Shown: positions 38,405 to 52,856 of the stretch, one piece after another
Position numbering within the stretch: the stretch's first letter is position 1
How the letters are laid out: every line of letters starts with the position of its first letter
The notes under the pieces: model-generated
What the model saw: only the letters and a program-made list of their open reading frames with translations
Told to the model about the DNA's origin: nothing
The model's database searches: none
Program-made: the position numbers and the translations under genes
Origin: Takakia lepidozioides
Taxonomy: Eukaryota; Plantae; Bryophyta
Direction of reading: 5' to 3'
Length of the DNA stretch: 64,000 bases
NCBI GenBank assembly: GCA_030704615.1
Contig: CM060731.1
Location: 34,534,001 to 34,598,000, forward strand

Positions 38405-41400
38405 CTACATCTTGCCGAGAACAGTCACACCCATAGCCATGGCCAGAAAGGTAGCAATAGCAATGCCGAAGATGCCGGCAAGGATGGCAGGCACGACAAG
38501 AGTTCTCCACCCTTTGGCTGTCGCCATGCCTGCAGCCGTGGTGGGGCCTCCCACATTGGCATTTGATGCCAGCAAGACCTCCCTCATGTCCCAGTTTAAC
38601 AATCGCCCTACCCCCAATATAATCACCAGATGGACTGCAATCTGAACGAGAGAAAACAGAAACAGGCCAGGTGCCGTTTTCACCACATTTGCCACGCTTC
38701 CACATGCACCTACTGTCGCAAAAAAGATCTGGAACAGAATCCGCTAGCTATGTCAGAAACTCATGGAGTCAGTAGCTAACATCCTGGTCCAAACCACCTC
38801 TAAGTGACAAAGAATCAATCTTGCTACCGTTGATGGTGGACAAAAAAGGTCTTGTATGGGATTTCAAGGTGATGGATAAGGTTACTTCATGCATCCAACC
38901 TCCCATTTTTGACAACAGCTCCCCCCTGTCAGGACATTGAAAACTCTAGTAGGTGCTCACATTAAAAAGCTGCCCGTAATGTTGCTTTTAGTGACCAGCT
39001 GATGTCATATCAGCATCCTGAGAAAAGCTGCCTAAAAATTGGGATTGCAGCACAGGGAGGAACCCGAGATGTAATCTAACAGCAGGTTAATAAAAAAATC
39101 TAGCGCCTCTAACAACAAAGAGAAGTCTGAGAAATGTAGAACACGAGCCACGAGCAAAGAATGAAATGTACCTGCATGAGAATGGTAGCCATGCCCTCAC
39201 CAGAGGGAGCAAGGGTCCCAAACCAGGATGGGAACAGAGTAGCCAGAAGCACCACCAAGGCAGTGATGCATGGAATGCTTCCTCCCCGCAATCCAAAGCT
39301 GTTCGCCAGGGCCACTCCTGCTGCACATATGGCTGCTGATACTGCTAGGGCCATGGACCCTTCCAACACTCCCACCACTCCCCTGGTTCCTTGAGCCGAT
39401 TCCTCAATGCCTGTTGAAGGTTGCAAAGAAGTGGTTGTCAGGTGAACCACCTTAGCCTATCACCGCAAACCCACAGCTGTTGGAGCTTGCCTTGCTCTCA
39501 ACAAGATCATGCTCTCCTCTCCCTCACCATAGAAAATCAGAACACCTGTACTGGTAGTTACTGGAGCAGAGAAGGCATTGATGGCCTGCCAGTCCTTTAT
39601 TGATAAAATGATGGTGAAAGATGTACTTAAAGGGAAATTACGAATGGACCTCTCTGTGTTGAAGGCTGTGAACATCACTTGACTGCAATGTCAGCACAAT
39701 AACCACGATTTGTTTTTCAATAGGAATTGGGCTATATTTGTGGTTGTTTAGGAACCTCTGTTGGCCTACATACTACCTCTCACTTCCCTGTTCCATTGTG
39801 AAGCAATACTCAGCGATTCGTAGGTGCAAGTATCTGAAGTAGCAATATTATTTAGGAACGGGAATAAAATAATTTTGTAATCTCGGCACTAATGAACACC
39901 AGATTCATATGTATCTTGCAAAATGAGGGTTTCAATGGAACAATTGAGACAGCCTCTACACTGTTCTCAATGTGGACATAAGAACATACACTCTACTCTT
40001 GTTTGAAAGAAGCCTTCACCGTTTGTCACTAATACCTCTTGCTCATTATTATGTCTCATAATAGAAAGATCTTAGTAATATCCAAGCTCAACGTTGTCAG
40101 GATGCGACCCATTTGACCGAGTGGCAAAAGTGAAGTCAATGAGTTGGAATGATAACTCACACAAACATCTCCCAACCACATTATGTGAGGGTTCTCGTCA
40201 TGTGTGAAAGTTTATGTGACATTTTGATTCTCCTTGTGATTGCTGCTTTCCAGATTCGGACTCAAACAGCAATGATTATTTGGGACTTCGATATGACCAG
40301 GGTGCGAAAGAAGTTTTTTGTCATTGATGAACCTGAGTTCGGTGCTGATGGTGGATCAGGAGGAAGCGAAGATGCCAAGGCAAAGAGAGTAGTAAAATAT
40401 AGGGCACAGATGAGGTTGTCCGCTGCCAGCCCAGCTGCTGTTATTGACGGAGTAACACCAAAAGCCTCTGTGACGGCCACATAATTCACTGCTGCATCCT
40501 AGAATAAAGCCACCATGAGTGAAGCAATAAACCCAACCCATTCATGCAAAACTCCAGCTCATAGTGCAACTGTGTGGGCAGGAAAGAAAGAAAATGCAAC
40601 CCCAATCGTCCAGCAAGGAATTTAAGTGGGAATATTGCGTGGCCACACAATTTACCCATCCCTTAATTCTATGGTTGCACCTTTGTTGAAGGCCAATGAT
40701 AGAGCTGTCCTAGAGACCAAGAACTGTTGCAACTTTATTCTCTAAATACACCTCAAGTTTCTGTCTTCCATCCAGGCCTTTGATCAGCTCTTCTGTGCTG
40801 TTCTACTATATGCATTTCCATATTGCCAAGCTTGCATATGAGCAGTTTCATGCCACTTCAATCAAGTATATACATGAGTCTCCGTATCCCTCAGCAACAT
40901 CTTCAGAAAAAATTCACAGAGGAACTAGGGAAAGAGAACTGACCTCCTCCAATATGGCGGCTCATGAGAGCAGCAGCAATCTTCCAGCCATCAGGGCCCA
41001 ATGATCTCAATGGCACCAACACCATCGCAACTAACGTACCCAGTATGGTCGCCACTGCCACCCATTGAATTACACCAGCATAAGCGCGCCCAGCTACAGG
41101 CTAGCTGCAACAAAAGAGCCACATGTTCTCATTCTCAATCCTAAGTCGAGCATTGACAGAATGGAAGCTGGAGGGCATATATATATAAATACAGCTACAA
41201 TTATAGATTCATAGCATTCACAGAACCACCCCATTGTGGATAATTTTAAAGAGGATTACGAATCCTGTTGGAAGATGCTGCAGAACAAAGGTAGTGAATA
41301 AGTTTGGAGTGAAACCCAGATACATTTGAAATGCACCACAATAACAGAGTATGGTCTTACCCTTTACGAGGGTCACTAACTGAATATCAGACTACTGGCA

Positions 41401-42906
41401 TCATCCTACACAACAAGACTTCATCAGCTCTCAACAGTGGATCAGAACTACAGCATGAATCCAGTTCGGCCTATGGTGCTGGGAAGTGGTGCCATACTGG
41501 TAGCAATTCCCCTTCTTACAAGTATTGAATAACAAAGTGTGGTGGAAGGTAGCAGCTTTACCAGAACCAATGCAGAAAACAATCAGAAGACGGCCAGTGG
41601 AAGCCAGCACCCGTCGCATGTCCGCAGCAAAGAGCAGCAAGGGCACTGCAAGGAGGAGCAGAAACCTATTGACTATCCCATACGCAGGTGCATCTGCTGC
41701 AATGATGCCCACATTGCTTGCCAGTAATGCCACCAAAGTGCTCACCAGAGCTCCACTCAACGTGCTCCCCCATTGAGTTTTTTCCGACCTTCAGCCATCA
41801 CAGACCACATGCTCATTGTCACCATTTTGGGAGTGTATCTATGTCGAGATAGTATGACATGTTGAAGCATGCCGAACGATAAGGAACTTGAAGTTGCTCT
41901 CAACTGCTTCCATTTTGTATGGATTATACAGCGAGTGATGACGACAAGCTGTATTTCTTGAAACAAACCTTGCCCCTAGATTCAAAGTTTCACTAGTGAG
42001 TACCTTGCAGTTCAAATGCAATGTTTCCTGGTTTGGTCACAGGACCCGAGAATGACTCACAAAACTCGACATCCCATTGAAGTGGCAGGCATTGTACTGA
42101 TAGTGAACTGCCCAGTAGTGTGGGTCTTGCCTGTCTGTTCTGAGTTGACAAATCCAATCAAAATTTGGTTGCGTAGTTCCTTGAAGAACTTATCTCATAC
42201 CAAATTCGCTTATTACACAGCGGAGAATCAGAATCAACACGTCACATTACTCTGCTGTGACAACCCTGGACGCAGCCCTGTCATGGGGTCGTTAAATTTG
42301 TGCATATCTAATTTCCAGCCACGAGGCAGATTCTAATCCAATACTGTTTTGTGTAAACCATACAGTTTCAGTGTGTTCGTGGAAATCGGTAAGATAGAAA
42401 TGAATTAAGCAGAGATGATTGACACCCACCATGGAACTCAGAAATTTCCTTGCAAATAGAGGAGCAATGATGGTTACCAACAATGCTCCGGATTCTGACT
42501 TACTCCCTTACCAAAGGCCAATTGCAGCGGCGGTAAGCAGCACAGTCCAGGTGCCCCAAGTGTCAGTGGCAGCAATCAGCGGTGTTGCCAGATGTGCGCT
42601 GACCCGGCCCGTGCTCCCGCTCCTCCGTCTCGTTGCACCCCCCTTTCCCATCCCACTTGGAAGCACTGCCTCATCTTTACGGCTTGGTAGGAAAGATGTC
42701 AGCAACAACTGAGAGCGTGGCACAGACACGGTTTGTGATGGATCGATAAACGAGTAGGTACAGGCCGAGGCCCGCCTTGTGAGCGATCTCCCGGAGCATC
42801 GGCCCCCAACATAAGAGGATGGAAAGAGGGTCACGGAAGACGTGAATGTCAGCCTGGACAAGGCCGTCATGCTGGGCTGCAGTGCATGCGATGTGCAGGT
42901 TGCCAT
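38405..42906 (-). CDS. DUF819 (YjcL-like) multi-pass membrane protein with plastid-transit-like leader, ~7 exons
   Basis: DTWGTWTVLL, SGALVSTLVALLASNVGII, LLLLAVPLLLFAADM, NYVAVTEAFG...AAGLAADNLICALYF, LLASNANVGGPTTAAGMATAKGW..LVVPAILAGIFG are DUF819 hallmarks; Ser/Thr/Arg-rich N-terminus. Confidence 0.9.
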
Positions 42907-44397
42907 TGTGCTCTGTGTGGCACTGTAATTGTATCGCTTCTCTTCTAACTGCTCCTTCCTGTGTTACGCTCCCTTCCTCCACAATCTCAGTGACCACCAA
43001 TTCTGCAGCACCTCCACCACTCCGATTGACTTGTGGGACGACTACTTACACTGAGGAAGGAAGAGACAAGAGACGCATGTCAGATCTGAGAGCGAGTACT
43101 TTTGGGTCCTTGCGCTGACTGTCCTTGAATCACAGACTAGACTGCACTGGCCATGACTCTTCTTCACATGCCAATTGACTAAACAATTCCAAATTAAGAG
43201 TCCTTCTGACAATCTTGACATATGATGAAATCCTGTTCAGCTTTATTTACAGGAAACATGACAATCTTGACATATCCTAGTCTTTTGAGAAGGAATACCT
43301 ACATCGATTTCTGAGACCATCTCTACAGTTTTGCAGATCTTGCTAGAGACAAAGGAAACTCAAGAAGTCCCACCTTGCCATTCAATCAATTCCAGTCTGG
43401 AAATTGTGGGTAGGGCCATGGTCTGGAAATTGTTCCAGTTCAACCCAAATTGAGAGATGGCCTCATGGATCATCTCATAGTAAGCAATGGCCTTTCAAGG
43501 AGCACATGGTGGATTACAACATGAAAACTCGAAGGAAGTTCAGAACCATTCCCAGTGGGCATACCAACAACTCTCAATCTTGTAATTGAATGACATAAAG
43601 GTTCATGATTTCGTGGAAGACGAGACTTTGGAAGTGGACCGGTTTTTAACTCCGTATAGAATTTCTGCCTTATCTGGGAGGATGCACCAAGTGGGATGAG
43701 AGCATTTGTGAACACTGGGAGTTACAAAGCCACTTCATAAAGACGAAATGAGGCAGGAACTAGAAGGACTCACTGTTAACGCAGGTTTTATATTGTTAGA
43801 GACAACAATCTACACTTTGCAGGTTTGTAAGGCACGAATTGTTTGAGTTGTACCTACCATAAACCTGGCAAAAGAGGGAAAAAATATACACAATTTATGC
43901 AGCAGGATTGCAAATAGGAGCTCCAATTGAACCTTGAAGAAGACCATCAACACCATGCTTCTCTAAAACAACTGCCTACCATAAGAAAAACACAAAAGCC
44001 TCGCCTGCCTTGCTTGTATACCTTTCTCTGCACAAATATGCTTGGTCCAATTTCCAACTATGCACTATATTTAATTCAAGCCATGAATTTCCCCCTTCCT
44101 CAGGGACTTTCTTGATGACGTGGATTGGTATGGCTGCAGTTTCACGAGTTCGTACTTCTGCAAGCAGTAACACTTGTGTCAGATAATGTGACTGGTTCTA
44201 CAAGAACATGATAAATGGATGGGACAGCAAAAATTGTAGGACCCTCCCCTCCCTAGGCTGAGAAGAAATAGACTATGTCCTATAGCACTGACAAGAATCC
44301 ACATGAGGATTTTAGCACCGCCTACAATTGACAAACAGGCATTTGATCAACTCTACTTATCTCCATGAATGTCCACAGGATCTCATCTGCAGCCAGC

Positions 44398-45743
44398 CTA
44401 GATGAGAGAAAGTGAGGAATGTACAGGTTTCTGTGTGTCCAGGTCCACCTCAAACGTGTGTATGGATAATTTGGCAATCTCCTGTATCGCAGCATCTTTT
44501 ACTGCTGCATCGTCACTTTCCAAATCCTCAAATGCTGCCTCAAAAGAGTCATGCCAAAAATTGCTTGTTCTCATTGGGGGGTTATATCTATACTTATCCC
44601 ATGTATGCCTCACAATCTTTTCCCGTACTTCCATTTCCTGCACAGGAAGTTTGGATTAGAGTCTATCCCTGATACAAATGCATGAATGCTGGAAGCCACC
44701 TACCATACTGTCTTGCTGATGGTTGCTCAAACCTTCTCATTTTATGTAAAACTAGGGGACAGGTGTTACAGTACAACTTGGAAATGTATATGAGTCTACT
44801 TCATCATTAGATTGTAGCCTAGAAAGCTCCAAGGTTTAACCGAGTATCAAGTCCTTTTCGGACAAACCAGCCAGGCTGGACAATGTTCCCAGCAGTGTAT
44901 GCAGACTACCTAGAACCACCATTTGCCTAGAATTACTTATAGCAGGATAACCACAGCAAACCCAAAGCACCGTGAGTTCGTATCACAAGGCAGTAAAGCT
45001 AAATCTGACCTCCAGCCACAGGATGGTTCTCTTGTGCGAGGGTATGTCCCTGTTTCCACAAGCACACCTAATTTGACAGACTGCGCATCCCAGCCTGCCA
45101 CCTTTCACTCCTTTGCAACTTAGGTGACTCTAACTAGGTGTGCATCCCTATGTCATCACGTGGAAAGATCCTGGTAAGGAAGACAAACATAATCCAACAA
45201 CCATCACAAATTCTCTAACAGGCGCATTCCGATTCCTGCTGAGATTATGACCACGCGCAAAAACTGACAAACCAAAGCAGGGTTCAGGGGAGGAAGAAGA
45301 CAGAGAGACCAATCCGTACAAGCAAAATTCAGGACGAAGTTTTTCAAAAAGCAAGAAAGAGAGATGCCATGGAGTACAGATGTGCTAGCCTACTGATCCT
45401 GACGACTATTCATCACTTCCTCCAAGCTAGAACAATGACGGTTACAGATTGTTTGATACCAATTGAGCTGAGTTTATACTGCCACGAAACGAACATCGGT
45501 TCATCTGAAAGGAGCGAAACTTACAAGAGCATCAACATAAGCACTAGGGTTTTCCCACAGCCTCGAACTTCGGTATGGACTCGTAGCGGCGGACCATTTC
45601 CTGGATATCCCGGCACTCCCTGAGAGCATTGACCAAAATGCCAGTAGCAATATCACCACAAGAGCCCAGGCCATATACCGATTTTTCCCCAGCCAGTTTC
45701 CGGATCCCGGAGACACATCTCTGGTGGCATCGCCCTCTTTCAT
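44398..45743 (-). CDS. DUF1195 family small single-pass membrane protein; exons 45743-45525 and 44637-44398
   Basis: RY..WALVVILLLAFWSM...KWSA...DAL|EMEVREKIVRHTWD.Y...FWHDSFEAAFEDL.SD...DAAIQEIAKLS matches the recalled DUF1195 consensus; phase-0 GT-AG intron. Confidence 0.88.
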
Positions 45744-46512
45744 GGTAAAGACGATCCCACGATGGTCACAACACAGTAAATGCCCTCTCCCTACACACCA
45801 TGAGTCACTGGTCCATCTTTCACCCCACCGCAGATGAACTTCTCGTGATTTCCTCTGTAAACCTGAAGGAAATGCAACGAAGAACGCCTTTCCAAAGCAA
45901 TCTGACGAGAAACAAACCAAGACAGTACAAGCTTAGCGAGGCTACCGAAGCTTCTTCTTCTTCTTACTAGTAACTTACCAGTTACCCACTAGTGACTTAC
46001 TAATGAATAAACTATTGACTAGTACCCTTCACACTTTCCCCGAGGATAGATGAATTGCTCTCATCCATAAGGTGGTTTAGAAGTTCATCTCGTAGGATGA
46101 GCTGCTGACGGATGAAATCCGCATTTTCTGAACAGGACGATTTTGTTTTTTCTAGTAGGCTGAAAATAAAAAGTAAATGAGGAAATAGAAAAGGAAAACA
46201 GGGTGCGTACGTGGAAGCGTGAAGCGTGGGTTTGCCCCTGTTTTGGCCAGTTTTTTTCGGCCACGTGTACCTGCCATGTGTCCTTTTCAGTAAATGTGCG
46301 AGAAGAGCTCGGTAAGAACGAGATGGAGATGGAGATGGAGATGGTTAAGTGGGAAGAGTGTTCGAGAAGTGTTCAGAAGTGCACAGTTGAAGTGCAGGAA
46401 GACGATGAAGTGTGCAGGAAGATGTGTTGAGTAAATGCTGATGTTTGTGTAAGATCTCTGTTGCAAATGGTGGACCCCATAGTAAGTTGTTTGGACGTTT
46501 GGACCGCTGCGC

Positions 46513-46961
46513 CTCAGAATTTTGTGTGGCCTCGTCCGCAGGGTGCAGAGGGGACAGGACCTGACAGCGGCCCCGCTACATTAAGAGGATCCGTATTCCC
46601 CTGTTTCTCTTATATATTGAAAAAACGTCAATGGTATGGCGGAGGTTGTGGTCTGGTGGTAGGTCGATGGCGTTGTGGCGATGCAAGTTTTGGGTTCCAT
46701 TCCTTCAACGTAGTTCCGGTGATTGGCGCTTACTGTGACAACTACCTCCTAGGAAGTGGTATGCAGGTAGTTCAGTTTGGTTTTGCAACTACCTTCATGT
46801 AGAAAACCCTAAAACTACCTGCATGGAGGTGGTTGTAAAATTCATATGCCAAAAAAATTCTAAGTCCTTGAGGCATGAAGGTAGTTTGCTCCTATATTAA
46901 TGAGACGACCTGACGGTCGTCTGACCAGCCTCATAACCACGAGGCCACACAAAATTCTGAG
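46513..46961. mobile_element. Candidate MITE relic bounded by 23-bp perfect inverted repeats
   Basis: CTCAGAATTTTGTGTGGCCTCGT (46513-46535) and its exact reverse complement (46939-46961); internal AACTACCT/AGGTAGTT motifs in both orientations; no TSD. Confidence 0.5.
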
Positions 46962-47858
46962 CCGGTACATCTCAGTATTGATTATGCAACTCTAACGTTG
47001 CTTGAGAGACTAAATAACATGCCAGCATGAGATACTTAGGCTAATCAGTTCAACAACAACAGCTAAGGAACCACAAAGGGCGGTGGCATCGAAAGTTTGA
47101 TGAGACCTGAATTTTGATACCAGGTTCTAACTGAGTCTCTGCAAGTTCTTGAGCAAGATCCTTGGAAAACTGCAAAAACTTTCAAGAAAAGCGGTGCTAT
47201 CAATATGCTTAGAAATCATGCGGTTTGTGGGCAGGCAGTGGACATACAGTGCACACAGAAAAGGTGCGAAATATCTTATTGTTTCTTTCCCTTTTCGAGA
47301 AACAAGTAGAATGACGCGATTAGAAGCGAGATTAAAAGCGAGATGAAAAGTGAATGGCTGCCACACGCACAGATTGACGTGGCGCCCTCCCCCACGCAAC
47401 TCTGTGCGCTACGTAAACTCCTCCTGCAAGCTTCCCCGCCTCTCCCCGACGTATGTTTGTTCTATCTGGCTTCCCTATTTCTCCCTCAGTAGATGATACC
47501 TATGCTCTGAATGGCACATCTTGCTGTTCATAGTCCGTGGTTCTTTCAAACAGCTTTTTCCGTCGTTATAGTTTAGTCGATTTGAATTATTTGACTTTCG
47601 TTGTTCGGTGAGCTGTATGGCTTGATGTGACAGCTTTGGGAGGCGATCATCTAAAAGTCATGAGAGCAAGAAGGATAGGAAGAAGAATTCTGATAGAAGT
47701 GTATGTGCTCATGTCCCACTTCTTTGCACCTTATTGAATAGCAGTACGGAACACTCCTAGCACAGAATCGAGTGGGGGAAGAAAATATTTATTCTGGGAG
47801 TTCTTCTGCGTGGAGCAGGAATTTTAAAGAGCTCGGGAAATTTTGGTCGTGCGCAAGC

Positions 47859-50800
47859 ATGGCCACCTTGCATGATGTAGTAGCAGGCACCGTGCAGCTC
47901 AGATATCGTGGCGGGGCATCTTTGTTTCTCCTGAAATTGGCGCCAAACCGTGCATTTCGACAGGAAAAGAAGTTCTTTCCGGGGCGGATACTGTGCATTT
48001 CCCATCATCAAAGAACTTGGAGGCCTCCGAAGCATTTTCAGATTAAGCCGGCTCAATTTTGTAGTCTACGTGTTTCATCTCCGTGCAGGTCTTGGACGTT
48101 TCCCATAAACGAGCCATTTCGGAGAAGAAGTCTCTCCCGACGGATGTCTTCAGATGCTGACAACAAGCCTCTAGGTCCGGGCCAGTACTTAGATGAGAGC
48201 GAAGTTGAGGTGCCATCAAGCCGTGAGGAGTTATTCACTATGGCTAGCCAAGCTGACGACCAAATAGATGCAGGCTCACTGAAGGCCAATGTAATAAATG
48301 AGGAATCTCCTGCTTTCTGGACCTTGGAGGTCGTTGAAGCCTTGGATGAAGTCGGCCCCGTGAGTGGTCTGCCTGTGTTATCAACGGAGGAGATTTCACA
48401 ACTGGTAAATGGAGAAGAGAGGATGAGGGACCACAATCAGCTTGCAAGTTTTGTTGGTTCAATAGTTAGAAACCTAAGTGGGGGCGCACAAAACACAGGT
48501 GCTGCTGCAGGACGGGACAGGAAGAACAAGAGTAAATATGAGCTTTTGTGGAATCCCCTTAGAATGGCGCTGGACGGCAGTACACCTTCCTCTACTGAGC
48601 CTCTAAGAAAAAGGATCGTGGATGGATTGCGCAGGGCTGAGAGCGACCTCTTTGCGGTATGTACTATAAAGTTCCAATTTAGCTGTGAATTTTGGCTGGA
48701 TGGTGGTAATCTGCTGTCTGGACTGCATTAATGTGGTTTTTAAATTCATTCTGATGTTAGGGTGTTACTATTATTGTGATTGAACTTGTGTGTGTTGCTT
48801 CTGTCCCTTGAAAATCTGGATTCACACAGTTTTCAAGTCAAGTTGGAAAATACATATTCATCATGACTGCAACTGGGGCAATTCTTGCAACAGGTTTCCA
48901 ACTGTCAGGTACTCCTTCGAGAGCTGTTGTGATAAATGGAGAATTCTTAAAAGAGGTTTTGTGTGCAAGTAGTATTGCTCTACATACTACAGCACTTCAT
49001 CTGCATCCTGCCTTGTTCGAGAGGAGTTGAGGGATTCGAGCAAAGGATAACAGAAACTAAGATACCCTCCGGGCACCTGTATACAGTGGCCCTTACTGTC
49101 ATTCTTATTAAATACGCGAGTATGCTGCTTCAAAGTTGGTAAAGGATGAAAACGTTATGTTTGGATCAGATTTAGTGAACAGGGTAAGGTCACTTTAAGC
49201 AGACGGTCGACTGTGTCTTGGCAATTACTTAGTTTGGTGGCCTCAGAGGGGCAGGGGTCATGGATTGGCTGTAATCTGCAGGAGGTGAAGCCCATCAGGA
49301 AGGTGTTTTGTGGTTTAGTTGGCTTGCTGGAGTTGTGCTGGGTTCCATGATTGGAGCAGGCCAAGTTTTGGAAAATCATGCCAGGGCCGGTCGCCGTAAT
49401 GTTGTAATCACCGGAAGGTAATGATGTGTACTGGCAGCATGAAGTGAAAGATTGTAAGGAGTCTCGAGACCTTGGACTTTGAGTCAGGAGTAAACACATG
49501 GCTGGAGAGGTTTTGTTTGGTTGTGCTTGATAAATTGTAAGGATCTCTCTTATTTGCTCGCTCGTGTATTGCGAAATTCTATGACAGACGTGGATGCGGA
49601 CAATTCCTCTTGTAAGATAATAGTGGAGGAGCTGTCCAAGAGAGAGGTGAGGTGAGCAGACAAGGGTTGACACAGCGTGATAGTCTAGGATACAAATAGA
49701 TCTGTGGCAGATGATTTTGTTTGTCTAATAATGGGAAGGGATCTCTCTGGATAAGAATTCAGTTTGACATTGATGAGGGGGCTTCCTGTACTAGCATCCC
49801 TCTTCACATGCACTGGACTCTGGAATCTTGAGACATCATGAGGTGGGGTTGTGTTGAGCACACCAATTCCACACCAATTCCTTCCCTGTGACAGAATTCC
49901 CTCTTTTTGTGGTGGGCTTGAACAGCACTCGTGGTTTAGGCAAGGCTCTTGCTCGTGAATTTTTGCGTGCTGGGGACAACGTAGTCATAGCTTCTCGCAG
50001 GTGGGTGAACGACATCTTTACAAATTTAGGTTTGTCGACCAAGTATTTGTGACATCTTTTTACCAGCAGCTCATTATGCCCACATAAGTAGATATATGCC
50101 CCGCTATTTCTGCGAATGTTGATGGTGGGCGCACAGCCTGTTCTGTGTTTGCTTCGGTTAGTAAGTATGGCTGCCTTTGTACTTGAAAGTGGCTTTAGGA
50201 TGGAATATCCTTGTGACAGTAGGTCAAGTAGTTATGGTGGTACTATATTGAGGAAGTTTTGATTTGGTCCGGGCTTTGTTTTCCTTTCTGGGAAAGACAG
50301 CCCTGAGTTGGTGAGTAGCACGGTGACAGAGCTCCAGCAGGAGGTTCAAGAGCTTCGTCGTAGCCTCCTTTTGACCTCAGAGTCTAAAGTGGAGGCTTTG
50401 GAGGCCTGGAAGGCAAACAGAAGAGGCTCAAAAGTGGTAGGATTAGCCTGTGATGTTTCAAAGAGTGAGGATGTACAGGCGCTTGCAAATCTGGCTGTGC
50501 AAAAATTGGGAACCATTGACATTTGGGTGAGTTCACATTACTTACCTTTGACGAGCTTAGGATCAAGCCTACAGTAAGCATCATGTGCTATTTTGATTCT
50601 CTGAATCTCTGCTCTCGAAGTATGTATCCTAGGTGTCAAGTTGAGGAAACTATCTTCTTAAGAATCTATTCTTCAATGAATGTTTCTGTAGTTGGAACCA
50701 TGCTAGTGTGTACCATCATGCTAGATGGCTGAAACTGTTTGAAGTGGTGAATACAATCAGCTGAACCGCCAATCTGTGATATGGAGGCCATAGAGTTGTT

Positions 50801-52856
50801 TCCTTATATTTTATGTCACTGAACTTTTGCGAGTAATGGCTGGTTCCAACTGACAAATCCTATAATAAATAGCAGACTCCACCCTTTGGATATCCAGAGA
50901 TGTAATGTTTGACATGCTGGGAAAGCAGATCAACAATGCTGGGATGAACAAGGGCTTCAGACCTTTGGTGGAGTTTGCAGATGAAGAAATCACTCAAGTG
51001 AGTCTTTCCTTGTCCTCTCTGGAGCAGCAGCAATATGTCTGAAATGCACCCAGAGTATTTCATACGTAACAAAAGTCTGTTCAAAGATACGGGTATCGGT
51101 ATGTTGGTTGTGATTGGTGAATCTGGCATAACATATCTTTTGGGGCTGGAAGAGATATCTCAGGATTAGCTTGACTTGATTGTGTTTCACAGATTGTCTC
51201 TACAAACTTAACGGGTTCTTTAATATGCACCCGTGAAGCTATTCGTGTTATGAAGACACAACCAAAAGGAGGTCATATTTTCAACATGGATGGGGCAGGT
51301 TCTGGAGGTGCAAGCACACCATTGACTGCAGCGTAAGTCTGTTGGAAAAGATGTATTCCACATTCAGGTCACGGTCCTCATTAATTTGCGTTTGGTTGAT
51401 GAGATATGCTGAGAGTTTGAGGAGAAAACTTTGGCATATGATAGCATTTGGTGCTGCTGCAAGTTTCAGTACCAAGAGTCCAGGGTTTCTTTCCAGGTTG
51501 GACAGATTGATATGAATGTGTTAGTTTTGGTCACAGAAGATGGTATTCTATCTTTGTACGGAGACTGATTTGTGGATACGGAGTTGTTTTTGCACACAGA
51601 ATATAATTTTCCCCCAGAAGTACTCAGATTGTTATGCAATAGTAAGTTTTTTCATGTTGCAATTGTCTTTTGGGCACCTAGTAAGGCTTATATGAGAATA
51701 TTCTGTTCCCATTGTTCTTTGAAAGGCTGGTTGCTGGTTAAAGATGAAAGTTGAAAGATGCTTTTTGGTTTGTGGATTTTGTCTAGCCCTGTACCTGGAA
51801 ATCCTGCTTGATTCCCACTGAATTACAGCAGTCTTTCTTGTTCCGTGGGGGGTGCTGTCAGTTATGGAGCAACAAAATGTGGTCTGAGGCAGCTCTCTGC
51901 ATCGCTGCTCCAAGAGTGCAAGGGGTCCCGTGTTGGCATCCATACCGCATCACCTGGCATGGTTCTCACTGACCTACTTCTCAGGTATGCTTTCTCATCA
52001 TTCCACACTGCAATTCTAAGGCTAGTTTCTGGTGAAAGCATTAAAGTGGCTCACTGGGCATGGGGTCATTACCTCCCTTATATGGCAGTGCAGGAAGGAA
52101 ATTTACAGTTTCTCACTTTTGCTACTGCACTTCCTCCAATGCAGTGGGGCCTCACTTCAAAACAAGAAGATGTTCAACATTATTTGCGAGCAGCCTGAGA
52201 CTGTTGCAAGAGCATTGGTGCCAAATTTGCGATCTGTGAAAGGCACAGGCAAAGCAGTCAATTACCTTACGCCTCCCCGAATTGTGCTGGCAATTGTTAC
52301 TGCCTGGCTTCGACGTGGCCGTTGGTTTGATGAAGAAGTACGAACACTGCTTTGATGTTACATTCAATTGTGATTCGTTTTTAGGTTCTCCTCAATCAGC
52401 CTGAGGAAGGAGCTGGTAGCAGCTAGGCACCTTTCATGTTAGTGTTATGGAAAGTGGGAGCTTACAGGCAGGTGCGTGGTGATGCCATGAAGACATTATA
52501 ACCATGAGTATTTCCTTTTTCCTTTAGAGCTACAGGGATGCTGAAAGCTTGTGCCAATCTGGCTCAGATGGGGATGTACAGTGGCGTATGGAGTCTTTCT
52601 AATGTAGAGCCAGGGTGGTGTGGAACAAGCAAGTTACTGACTGTGAAACTGAATGGCTTATGGACAGGGAAGAGCAGTTTATGCAGCAGAGGCTGAGCGG
52701 CTCCGCTTATGGGCTGAAGGACGGGAGAAGTCTCCAGTGACAGCAGCTATGGAGCTTGCGCCAAGTGGTGCTTGGGTCTCTCTCTTCTCCTCATCAGTAA
52801 TTTGTGCCTATATCATCCTTTCGAGTGTATCGGGGGGTGGTAGCCCAGGAACCTGA
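47859..52856 (+). CDS. NYC1: Chlorophyll(ide) b reductase NYC1 (short-chain dehydrogenase), 10 exons
   Basis: Exons give QVGKYIFIMTATGAILATGFQLSGG, WFSWLAGVVLGSMIGA, NVVITGSTRGLGKALAREFL (TGxxxGxG), IDIWINNAG, GHIFNMDGAGSGG, YGATK (YxxxK), SPGMVLTDLL, and the NYC1-type tail GRAVYAAEAERLR.WAE...WVSLFSSSVICAYIIL...PGT*. Confidence 0.95.
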
